Shown here: positions 1 through 10,593 of the stretch, piece after piece
How the letters are laid out: each line of letters starts with the position of its first letter
How positions within the stretch are numbered: position 1 is the first letter of the stretch
From: Parasitella parasitica NRRL 2501
Lineage: Eukaryota; Fungi; Mucoromycota
Assembly (NCBI GenBank): GCA_025201805.1
Contig: MU619292.1
Coordinates: 19,997 to 61,459 of the forward strand
Reading direction: 5' to 3'
Length of the DNA stretch: 41,463 bases
Notes under the pieces: generated by a model
Databases searched by the model: none
What the model was told of the DNA's origin: nothing
Seen by the model: only the letters and a program-made list of their open reading frames with translations
Translations under genes and position numbers: made by a program

Positions 1-329
1 TATCTTGTCCATTACCTTGTCCATTATCTTGTCTAATATCTTGTCCATTACTTTGTGCGTTTATTTTAAACTCAACTTATCTTGTCCACTTTCTTTTCGA
101 ATATTTTCCCTTTGCTGCTTGTTTATTAATTTTTACTTTTTCATTGATTCCTAAGCTCAATCGCCTTGTCGATCTCACAACAGCTATGGTACTGATCACA
201 CGTGAACAAGCCATTTGCATGTTCTACCATCAGCCATACAAAAAGCAAAAAGCTGAAGAATTACTGAAAGCGATCGAGAACATACAAACTGAAATCTGCT
301 ACAGAGACGATCCTACGAAACCAATTTTG
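1..329 (+). repeat. Left arm of long inverted repeat (truncated by window start)
   Basis: Read-through match to the reverse complement of 1657-1985; identity stops after CCAATTTTG at 329. Confidence 0.95.
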
Positions 330-407
330 TGCTCAACTAAAAGTATAAATACTTTTGAATACCATCGGTATCCTTCTTTACTGAAAAAGGATGTACATGT
401 GAATTAG
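186..407 (+). CDS. 73-aa small protein whose first 48 codons are identical to the N-terminus of the resolvase-like gene
   Basis: ATG at 186 (MVLITREQAICMFYHQPY...) lies inside the left IR; ORF continues past the IR (CSTKSINTFEYHRYPSLLKKDVHVN*). Confidence 0.45.
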   Translation: MVLITREQAICMFYHQPYKKQKAEELLKAIENIQTEICYRDDPTKPILCSTKSINTFEYHRYPSLLKKDVHVN

Positions 408-491
408 TCACTCCAATTCACTTGGTTTTATTTCAATGCCTAATGGCATAAAATTGTTTTGAATAAACTCTTTAATAGTAAATAAAGAAAA

Positions 492-1800
492 TCATTTTAA
501 TGATCTTTGAAATAAGGTATTGTTTCTACATTTAAACTCTTGAAGCTTGTTTTGATTGTTTAAAAGCTCATCAGAATTATAAACATGTATTGAATTAGTG
601 TGTGGGAGTTTGTCGACAATTAGCTTGACAATATTTGGGTTGTTCCTAATACGAATAGTTAGTAATGAGCTTTATATGATGTTATTTTTATATTTTGAGC
701 TTTTACCTTAAAAATTGTTCCAAATCTTCACTATTCGTTGTTAACCCTGCAAAGTCAATTACTACAATGCATATCTTATCCCTGGTACGAATATATGCCA
801 ACAGATCTAGTGAATTGAAATGTAATATGGTTATAATAAGTAATAAAAAAAACCTCCCTTTTCTCACCTTGCATGTCGCCATCTGCAGTTATCTTTGACA
901 ATATATCAGTATTCTTCTTTAGGTCTCTAGCAAGCAAAGGTTGATTTGCGTCACAGGAAGCACTTGCAAACACTTTTGTGACAAGGGATCTTTCCTTGAG
1001 ATTTGTGCTCATTTGGTTTAACAGGCGAATGCGTGTACAATCATCTTTTTCACCGGTTGACTTTCTTATATATCCAATAATTTCATGTCCATTTTCTTTG
1101 AGATTTCTGATGCTTTCTTGGTGCCGAGGTAATGTTTCAACAACATCTTTAATAATAGACTCTAAAAAATAGATTAGTTATGGAAACGATAACAGTTTCC
1201 GTATATTATATCTTACCGATGTATTGATCCTTTACTATATACAGAATACGAGTTGAGATTTTGTGGTTGAATTCATCTTGCTTTCTTTTAATTGTGGCTT
1301 TCATTAGTTCCAACTTTCTCGCTCCACACCATTTACTTAAGCCTTGTGCGTTCATGTCGTTTAAAATATTTGAATGCTTCCACACTATGCTAAGAATGTC
1401 ATTCATACTTAAGCTTCTGCAAACATAAATCTCTTCATTCTTTGGATCCGACGGTAACATTGTAATATTTAAGAAACTGATCAATTGTGCAGGGGAAACT
1501 AAAGAAAAACAGTATGAGTACTTATATTACTGAACATAAAAAATGTAACAACTAACCAATTTCTCTTCTGTTAATTTGAGCGACATCAGTTGCTTCAATT
1601 TCATTCATGTATGTGTGGTTGTTTATGGGGTCCATGAAAACGCTATTTTTAAATAGCAAAATTGGTTTCGTAGGATCGTCTCTGTAGCAGATTTCAGTTT
1701 GTATGTTCTCGATCGCTTTCAGTAATTCTTCAGCTTTTTGCTTTTTGTATGGCTGATGGTAGAACATGCAAATGGCTTGTTCACGTGTGATCAGTACCAT
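492..1800 (-). CDS. 357-aa five-exon protein with C-terminal serine-recombinase/resolvase-like domain
   Basis: Manual splicing: exons 1800-1557, 1498-1217, 1161-868, 806-707, 645-492; four GT-AG introns of 55-61 bp; 1074 nt in frame with no internal stop; motifs IIGYIRKST and QDLLAYIRTRDKICIVVIDFAGLTTNSEDLEQFL. Gene model is solid; the recombinase call is by pattern only. Confidence 0.7.
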
Positions 1801-1985
1801 AGCTGTTGTGAGATCGACAAGGCGATTGAGCTTAGGAATCAATGAAAAAGTAAAAATTAATAAACAAGCAGCAAAGGGAAAATATTCGAAAAGAAAGTGG
1901 ACAAGATAAGTTGAGTTTAAAATAAACGCACAAAGTAATGGACAAGATATTAGACAAGATAATGGACAAGGTAATGGACAAGATA
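1657..1985 (-). repeat. Right arm of long inverted repeat
   Basis: Reverse complement of 1-329. Confidence 0.95.
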
Positions 1986-2276
1986 GTGGACAAGGTAATG
2001 GACAAGATAATGGACAAGATAGTGGACAAGGTAATGNNNNNNNNNNNNNNNNNNNNNNNNNNNNNNNNNNNNNNNNNNNNNNNNNNNNNNNNNNNNNNNN
2101 NNNNNNNNNNNNNNNNNNNNNNNNNNNNNNNNNNNNNNNNNNNNNNNNNNNNNNNNNNNNNNNNNNNNNNNNNNNNNNNNNNNNNNNNNNNNNNNNNNNN
2201 NNNNNNNNNNNNNNNNNNNNNNNNNNNNNNNNNNNNNNNNNNNNNNNNNNNNNNNNNNNNNNNNNNTAATGGACAA
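1935..2276. repeat. 12-bp tandem array (ATGGACAAGGTA / ATGGACAAGATA / GTGGACAAGGTA) interrupted by an assembly gap
   Basis: Units visible at 1935-2036 and again at 2267-2276 after 230 Ns; mirrored at 1-51. Confidence 0.9.
2037..2266. other. Assembly gap (230 N)
   Basis: Run of N within the tandem array. Confidence 1.
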
Positions 2277-2279
2277 TTA

Positions 2280-3819
2280 CAGGATTTTAGTCTTTTTTGG
2301 TACAAAGTAAATTTTTATTTTGGATAAAATACTTTAGAAAAGATAACATAAAAGTGGTAACATTTACCTTAGGCCTAGTTCTTTATTAATGCACCTATCC
2401 CAGAAGGTTGCAGCATGTTTAACCCAACCTTGGCAGTTTTTAACAGTAGCTGATCCGCAAGCTGCAGGAAGGCGAGATGTCAAAGTATCTGCTTCATCAA
2501 GTGGGTTTCTCTTGATATTGCTCTTTATTTTTGACCAGCATTCTTCGATTGGGTTCAAAAAAGGAGAGTAAGGAGGCATGAACAAAGGTTTATACCCTCT
2601 GTTATTAATAGCATCAACAACAAATGCAGAATGATGAATTCTGCAGTTATCTATTACTATGAACAATCCTTTTTTGTCGTGCTCATCAAGTGTGTCCATC
2701 ACTGTTTCCATAAATTTGACAATATGGTAAGCCGTGGTTCCCTTTTTCAAAGGCTTTTTCTTTTCAGGATCTTTTGCTTTTCTTTTTTTGCTGGCAGGGT
2801 TCGCATACTCTTGTTCCAGCTTTTCTGCGTCACCCTTTGTTAAAGGCTCAACTTTGGAAAAATTGACCGTTCCAAAATATGCGATGCATCCAACAATACT
2901 GATGTTAGCACTTCTTTGTTTGTGAACAGTGACATTCGCTGGCTCTCCTACTTTAGACCAGGCTCGGCCTCTTATCATGTGGGTATTAAACCCAGCTTCA
3001 TCTACGAATGCGCAATTCTTTTGAAAGTCGACGCCTATTTCCTTCCATTTACTTACCACCTCATAGCGAAGGCGAAGTGTCCTTTGAATATCCCTTTCTT
3101 CATTGTATAAAGATGCTATTTTCAAGGAAAAAGTACACTCTATTGTTACATGCTTCCACAGAGAAAGGATTGAGATATTTTCTATTTCAGGAAATTGCTT
3201 AAGAAGGGCGTCTTTGGTCAATCCCATTGTGGAGGATCGGTGGTTGTCAAGGTACTGAATCAAAAAATGGGTATGCTGAGGGAAAAGCTTTTGTTTCGTG
3301 CCTCTGTTTTTGGCTTTTGGAGCAAAACCAGGCAATACACTACCGTTGCTATCGTTGAATTCCTTGAGCAGCCTGTAAGCACTTTGTCATGGAATACCAC
3401 AACGTACTGCCGCTCTAGGTACAGTAGTGCCTTCGTCTTGCATTATTTTTACGAACATGCGTACTTGCTCGGACGTATACTTCTTGTACTTTTTGCTACC
3501 GTTGTCAATAGATACAATTTTCAAGTTTTCCGTGAGTCGATCTCCATGGTTGAGTCCACTTTGGGTATTTCGGTAGCTGAATCGAAGTCAATTATCTTTT
3601 TGATGTCGCCGTATTGATAATAGGCGACATCTTCCATCTGTTCTTCAGACTCATCGTCAATAATATAATAGTCGCTTGGAGGTATATAGCTAATATAGTC
3701 CATGCTAATTTCTAAAAGATTTGGTCATTTAATTCCAAAAAAAAAGTAACCCGTCCAATTTCTATTTTCAAATCATACCAAAAAAAAAATGAAGTGTACC
3801 AATTAAGACTAAAATCCTG
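2280..3819 (-). mobile_element. Tc1/mariner (IS630-Tc1-mariner, DD34E) DNA transposon, 1540 bp
   Basis: 25-bp TIRs CAGGATTTTAGTCTTTTTTGGTACA (2280-2304) and TGTACCAATTAAGACTAAAATCCTG (3795-3819; 2 mismatches); TA target duplication at 2278-2279 and 3820-3821. Confidence 0.93.
2364..3703 (-). pseudogene. Disrupted DD34E transposase
   Basis: FVDEAGF ... IDNCRIH-(34 aa)-SPFLNPIEECWS catalytic triad intact in 2364-3335; upstream HTH region has an in-frame TGA at 3387-3389 (CGIP*QSAYRLL) and a frameshift near 3530-3545. Confidence 0.85.
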
Positions 3820-4233
3820 TACTTGATTCTAGAATGTTTGAAGCAAACTGAATTGTAATACGTGGATGAACTAGCACAAATTTTCCGCTCATTTCAAGCG
3901 GTTGCAGTTGATTGAGTTAGTCATTGTAGCAAGACTGGATTACGGATAGAGGTTCTCGCTTATCAACAATAATTTGGCACATCTGTGGGTTCAGATTAAG
4001 AAGCAACATAGTCGATTTCGACTGATTAAGGTGATTAGTAAAGTCTGTGGCGCTTACAAATCGAACAATGGTTTGTCCTTTTCCTTAAAAGTAAAATACT
4101 CGTAATCCGGAAGGCACACAAATGTTCAATGGCCGCAACTTTGGATTATTCAGCAAGATAGTATAAATAGAGATTTAAAAAAAAACAGTTGTAGATCAAT
4201 ATCTATCAAAATAACAAAAAACAAATCCCAAAA

Positions 4234-5337
4234 ATGAGTTCCAAAGCTTTATTTTCTCCCATCAAAGTTGGAGCTAATGCTCTCAAACATCGCGTCGTGC
4301 TCGCCCCTTTGACCAGATTTAGAGCGACTGAGCAATCAGCGGTCCCTACCGATCTCCAAACTGAATATTACAAGCAGCGTGCCTCCGATGGCGGTCTATT
4401 AGTTACCGAAGCTACGTTCATCTCTCGTCTTGCTGGTTCTTATCCCCAAGCTCCTGGTATCTACAGCAAGGAACAAATCGAAGCTTGGAAGAAAGTCACC
4501 TCTGCTGTGCACGAAAAAAATGCTGTCATCTTCCTGCAATTATGGCACATCGGAAGAGTTGGATCCAAGTACCTCAACCCTAACCAAGAGCAAGTGGTCA
4601 GTGCTTCTGACATTCCTGTTCAAGGAAAGACAATGCAAGGCAGTGATTATGAAGTCCCTCGTCCTCTAGAAATTGGAGAGATCAACGCAATCACAAAGGA
4701 ATATGCTCAAGCTGCTAAAAATGCCATTGAAGCTGGTTTCGACGGTGTGGAGATTCACGGTGCCAACGGTTACCTCCTCGATCAATTCATCAACACATCC
4801 AGCAACAAGCGTACTGATATCTACGGTGGCTCAATTGAAAACCGTGCTCGTTTCCCTCTGCAAGTTGTTGACGCTGTCGTCGAAGCCGTTGGTGCTGAGC
4901 GAACGGCTATCCGCTTCTCTCCTGGCGGAGCATTCCAGGACATGAAAGATGACACTGTTGAGGAAACTTGGGGTTATTTGACATCTGAACTACAAGAGAA
5001 TCATCCCGATCTAGCATACTTGCATCTTATCGAATCAAGATCAAATTTCTTCGATCCTTCACTCATTAACACCACCGATTCTCTTGAGCCCTTCCGTAAG
5101 ATTTGGAAGGGGCCCCTTATCACAGCTGGTGGGTTCTCTACTTCTCTCAAATTTGCAGAAGAAATTGCAGAAAAGACTGGTAATTTGATTGCTTACGGCC
5201 GTGCCTTTATTGCGAACCCTGATCTTCCTGAACGCCTTCGCAATGGATGGGAGTTGAATGCCTATGACAGAACCACATTCTACGCTCATGATGCTGAAGG
5301 TTACACTGATTATCCTTTCTACAATGAGAAAAAATAA
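4234..5337 (+). CDS. Old yellow enzyme family NADH:flavin oxidoreductase
   Basis: Intronless 367-aa ORF; LAPLTRFRA, FLQLWHIGR, AGFDGVEIHGANGYLLDQF, RTDIYGGSIENRARF, GRAFIANPDL, GYTDYP motifs. Confidence 0.96.
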   Translation: MSSKALFSPIKVGANALKHRVVLAPLTRFRATEQSAVPTDLQTEYYKQRASDGGLLVTEATFISRLAGSYPQAPGIYSKEQIEAWKKVTSAVHEKNAVIFLQLWHIGRVGSKYLNPNQEQVVSASDIPVQGKTMQGSDYEVPRPLEIGEINAITKEYAQAAKNAIEAGFDGVEIHGANGYLLDQFINTSSNKRTDIYGGSIENRARFPLQVVDAVVEAVGAERTAIRFSPGGAFQDMKDDTVEETWGYLTSELQENHPDLAYLHLIESRSNFFDPSLINTTDSLEPFRKIWKGPLITAGGFSTSLKFAEEIAEKTGNLIAYGRAFIANPDLPERLRNGWELNAYDRTTFYAHDAEGYTDYPFYNEKK

Positions 5338-5515
5338 GAACCCATACGGTATAACTTCATAGACCTCACAAATATTATTTATTCAATAAACAAATGTTAT
5401 CAAAACTAAATCGTTCAAGTTAATCTTAATTGATTCCAGCTATAAAGACATCGTTGGTATAATTGCAATACTTGAGGACGCAATTGTTGTGCTTCTGGTT
5501 TTTTTGGTTGACAAC

Positions 5516-6490
5516 TCAAAACTCTTCTATATCGTCAGTTGCTAATGTATCGTATGCATAAGAATTGATAGGAAAAGAGGAGCCATCGCCTAATGATTTA
5601 CCAATGGGCAATAATTTCTGCCAGAGTGGTCCTCTGCCGAGCACCTGCTCAATGTTCTTACGAGTACCAATATCCCATGGATTAAAGTACTTGCTTCGCA
5701 TAATGTCTCTACTCGATGCTCCGCCCATGCGATAATTTGTCTTTTCATAATACTCTATAGTGGATCTGTTCTTGCATAGTTGTCTGGTGTGGAAGATAGT
5801 GAAAGGCAACAGAAACAAACCAAATATGCCTGAGATAAATATCAACAATGCCCAGTTCAAATTGAGGCCCAAGATACTCATTGGCCCATTCACTTGAATG
5901 ATCATTGGCGGCAACGTGGTTGCAAAGATGTATAGGCAGAAAAGCGACGAATAAAGTATAAACAAGTAGAATGATTTGTAGTTCTGGTACCCTACACAGT
6001 TGTTAACCCATGGACAGTGGCTATCAACACAATGAGACTCATTTCGAATGTACTTGAATTGCCACAAACACTTACTGATCCATTTTTAGGACACACTTTT
6101 TGCATTGACGACAATGGTGTGTTCTATCGAATTTCTCTAGCTTACATTTCTGACAGTACCGTTTATTACCATCACGTTTAACAGTAATCAGAGTAGGGCT
6201 GCGTTGTCCTGATACTTGCATAGCAATCATATTTTTGTTGTGCTCATGATCCAATAGTCCAATTTCATCTTCTTCCTCTCCAACCCTCTTTTTTTGCATC
6301 TGATATAGATATTAGTCGCTTTTCGGTGTCTTGAAAAGAAAAAAAAACGTACGTCTAAAGTAAAACCTGGCGATGTTGTGCATACAACCCAATAACTCCA
6401 CATGCATAATATAAAGATAGGATGAAAAAATAATACATAACAAAAACCTAAGTAGATGATTAATGAATTGTATATATTTGGCGAGCGATC

Positions 6491-6552
<62 letters not shown>

Positions 6553-6711
6553 TTGTAATGTATGGCCTTCCTTCAAAAGTTCTATCGATAAGCTAACGTT
6601 GAAAGCCCAGTAACTCCATGTAAAAATAAAGCATAGTAAAATCACAGGCGAAGCATTCACCACTGCCATTATACATTGTTGAGTCTTTTTCATCGAACAT
6701 CCCATGGCCAT
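5516..6711 (-). CDS. DHHC zinc-finger palmitoyltransferase (Pfa3-like), multi-exon
   Basis: RYCQKC...[17 protein letters not shown] spliced (CA|GTAAGT...ATAG|C) to [11 protein letters not shown]; TM segments; STIE and FNPWDIG C-terminal motifs; start could be 6711 or 6705. Confidence 0.92.
6493..6549. repeat. Poly(T) ~57 nt (poly-A on the sense strand of intron 1 of the DHHC gene)
   Basis: Homopolymer directly after the GT donor at 6551. Confidence 0.9.
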
Positions 6712-8052
6712 TTAAACAATGGAAAATGGAGAAAGAAATAAAAAAAATTACATATGCCGTACCTCCTGAATACAAACACAATTGGTTTGCGGGTTGCTAA
6801 AAAGCATGGAAGGTGCTCTGGTATGTGGATTAGAGTTACATCAGTGCAACTAGGTAAATTGATCAACACCACTTTTTTCTTGAATAACTAGTAGAAATTA
6901 ATGAGGCAGAGATTTCCAAAATGTCAAATATACTGCATCTATTCATTGAGGTGTAATCCATCGTTACTTGTTATAATACCGTATCAAGAATTTTGGTCAG
7001 TACAGCCTTTGATTCACAAAGTCGACTATCTGAGTGAAACTTAGCTACATCGTCAAGATTCTCACTACAACCCCGAATGGTCAATGTCAGACAAATAAAT
7101 TAAATGGACTAGGTTGCCATGCCATTCAGTAGAAGTGCCTTGCATGCCTGTCCATATTTTTTAAACGAGATGGGCGTACAACTACCAATCAAATCAACGT
7201 GAGTAGGGTTTTGAATATAATGCATTAGCAAGAGTCTTTGCACCCAAAAAACAAGTATAGTGACTTACTAGATACCATATATTATACTAAATGTAGATAA
7301 TAGCTGAAAACTTTTGCTATTACACTGTTATTCTTTAAGAGTATTTATTGCTATAAAGTTTGGTTTAATTAGAACTATGACAAAAACGGCTTTTATTTAT
7401 GCGCAAAAAATTATGGGGCTCCTTGCTGATTATAATATCTGAAAATTGAATAATTCATATATGGTCACCAGCTAGTAAATACTTTTTTTTTCCTATAACA
7501 AAGTATACCATTTCCGACTATCGAGAGTAAATATGAACCAAAAATTGCGCAAAAATGTTGTGTTTACTTGATGCTCTTTCATCAATATCTCTAGAGAATA
7601 CTAAAGCGCCTAATGGTACACATTGTAGACATATGTTTAGATCAGAAAATAACTGTTTTCTCTAATTTGGCCACGAAAAGAAAAAAAAAAGATTTCTTAA
7701 ACGGAAAGTGTGTTCAGAGAATAATCTTAGGACTACTCTCTGTGATAATATTATGAACCAGAAGGAATTCCTTCAAATAAATGCAAATGATAGAATCTCT
7801 AGACCATGTTAAGAGTAATAGTAATCAAAACATAGATTGAGATATTAACATCCAAGTTGTAAAAGAAGTACTGTCTAAGGTTTGTGTTGACAACTGATTC
7901 ATAAACTTGAAATCAATTAGCTGTTATAAGTAGCTCAAGAATTATTTGGAGACGTTATTGCAAACATTTGCATCATGTAAAAAACCAACTATCAGATGTT
8001 TTGGCATAACACAAATCTGTCTCCCGAAGAGAGTAGATATGCTAAAATATTA

Positions 8053-8710
8053 GGGGTATTCAAATAGCAAAAAAAAATTAAATAAAAAAAAAATAACTAA
8101 AATGTTTCAGCCAATAGATTCGATATACAAGTGAATACCCCATTTTAATAAAAATTTGATGATTTTAATTAAAAATTTAAAAACAAGGAAGGAGCTTTCA
8201 AAATTGAGTAAATCTTTAAAGCGTCGGGAGACTGATTCACTTCCTCACCATACATGGTGCCACCATGTTGTTTGGTTGGCTAGGTGGAGACATGCTGACG
8301 GTAAGGCGTTGCAACTCACTGGCAGCATCATTGCTGGTATGGTGGTAGCCTAATTTGGTTCTGTAAATGCCACGCACAGGACAGTGCCGGTCATGTCAGC
8401 AAGGATTCTCTAGTTGCTGATTGAGCAACACCCTGCTGCCCACGTTTTATGGAAGCAGAGTGGAGAGGGCAGGACAAACGAGGATCCTAGTCTTGACAAC
8501 AACCTTTTCGTGATTAGATGTATACGGGTGTTCTGGCCAATCATACATATTGTTTTTATTTTAATTTAATTGAAGATTTTAAGAAGAAGCAAAACGGTCT
8601 TCTTAAAAAAAGCGAAAAATAAAAAAAATAATTAAAATTTACCCAATAAAATTGCTCAATTTTTTTTTATTTAATTTAATTTTTTTATCATTTTGCTATT
8701 TGAATACCCC
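8053..8710. mobile_element. MITE-like non-autonomous TIR element (~660 bp)
   Basis: GGGGTATTCAAATAGCAAAA at 8053 and TTTTGCTATTTGAATACCCC ending 8710; A-rich and T-rich subterminal mirror; TATTA on both flanks. Confidence 0.8.
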
Positions 8711-10312
8711 TATTATTTATAGAACATATGGTACCATGCATTTCTCGCTGATATGTGCCAATTTTGCTTGCAGAAATGCTTAAATCTGCTGATGACATTC
8801 ATGTTCCTCATATCAATTACCTATATACAGCATACTCTGGTCTTGGTATTTTAGCAATGTCACAAAAGGTTGTAAATCCAGAAGCCCCTCGATGTTTTCT
8901 GTCTTCACAGAGCACTTGAGCCTGATACCACCCCTTCCAGGCCCTCGTGCAAGTTGATTGCGTAGATTAGGCCGCTGGGCATTCTCTTTTGGGTTTTAAT
9001 TGTTGTTCGTTTTTTTGCTGGTTTAACATGGAAAAAGTCTTGAATTCTATTTTGTATACCCCATGAAAACTCGTCGAAAATTGTGGCCCTGAACATTTTA
9101 CTTGGTCAGAAACGCTATGAAGGTTGTCAAAAACAGATTCAGTAGAGAATATAAAGCATAATACCTACTCAGTGAACATTGTGTAGTACCTTTATGAGGA
9201 CATTCGATGTTGCGAAGGAAAGAAGAAGTGATTTTTATTGCGCTATTCTGAAAGCATATCATGTCTACTATGTATAGTGGCAAAAAACAAGTTTTATGTT
9301 GAGATTTGTATTTTGCTAAAACACTTTCGCAATTTGCAAATTTGCTGGTAGTCTTTATTTAAAGATATATCGCAGTATCTTGTTTGAAGGCAGCACACCA
9401 CAGAGAGTCTTTAATTAGTGGCCTAAAATAAATTTTGTTGGTATGCTAATATAAACAAGCAGCAGGAAACGTACATCACGATGTGTAGGGTAGCAAACAT
9501 TCAAAACTGGAGAAGATTACATGGAGACCACTTGTGAAATTAAGGCGTCGATAAGCAGCAGTGTACCTTCTTTTGCCTTTAAAAATCCTGCTCTGCGCGT
9601 ATCACCATTATTATCCCCCTTTTCTCCTTCCTCTTTGCTATTTTTTTCTTTGCCCCTTGGGCTTTTTTTAGCCGAGTCAAAGAGGGAGGGGGATTGATAC
9701 TGCAAACATGACATTTAGTCACACTTGCTTTCACTTTACTTGAGAACAAGCACGTTTTGGTTAGGCTTGGCTATTTTGTTACTGCATGAGTCTCCTACCT
9801 TTCATAATATGTAACAGAGTGTGATTCCACTTCGACAAATCAGTTCATTCACACTTTTTACACCATTCGTATGAATAAAAAATGGACCACTCCCTAACTT
9901 AAACCTAATCCGGCATTGCTATGTTTCTTAATGAATCCAAGTTATTCGCCATGTGGACTACACGAATGAATCAAATTTTCGGATATACGGTTTAGAATCT
10001 GACCAATAAACCGTTTTGATATTGTGATCCTCCAAGTGCATGTATACTTTTAGATTTGTTATTTTGAGAAGTTATTACAAGTAAAAAAAAGTTCACCACT
10101 TGCAGTTGTCCACAATATATTATTTGTTTGTTACCAATGTACTGCGAGCTATATGTGGATATGTATTGAACAGATATGTTGATAAACAAGAGCTTCCCAA
10201 ACATGAGAAACGTATACAAAGAGTCGGTCGGACATAAATTAAGGTACTGTAGAATAAACATGTCAAAGCGAACTGGACTCATATATGTAAATCATATGAT
10301 ATCAGGCTTAAG

Positions 10313-10365
10313 GATAGATAGATATATAGACAGACAGGCAGACAGATAGACAGATAGACAGACAG
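10313..10365. repeat. (GATA/GACA)n microsatellite
   Basis: Direct reading. Confidence 0.85.
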
Positions 10366-10593
10366 CATGCCATTATCATTTTAAAGTACATCTCCTTATC
10401 CCTTTCTTTTCATACTTTATTGCTATACGTATATACCAAAAAGACTTTCCAAGTGCCTCCTATTTTGCAAAAATGCATGTATTTATTCAAAACCTTGTCT
10501 CTCTTGTTCTCTATTTATTCCTCTCTTTTATTCTTTTTTCTAATATATACAATAGACTTTTATACTCTTGTAGCCGTCTAATAATAACATAAA

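Larger units (their letters stand above)
1..2276. mobile_element. Foldback-like element with long terminal inverted repeats, 12-bp tandem subrepeats and an internal resolvase-like gene (left end outside window)
   Basis: 1-329 is the reverse complement of 1657-1985; both arms run outward into RTGGACAAGRTA-type 12-mers; the right array spans the N gap (2037-2266) and ends near 2276. Confidence 0.6.

Noticed and set aside
1935-2276. 12-bp array as a CRISPR array or telomere
   Set aside because: No spacers and no cas genes; the array is internal, flanked by unique sequence, and not a short G-rich telomeric unit.
1832-2327. MDKIMDKV / HYLV / ITLS repeat ORFs
   Set aside because: Translations of the 12-bp array running through Ns; no independent coding evidence.
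6490-6551. Poly-lysine C-terminus in ORF 6490-6711
   Set aside because: Read-through into intronic poly(A) past the GT donor.
8905-10282. Short ORFs between the MITE and the RhoGEF
   Set aside because: No recognisable motifs or consistent splice structure.
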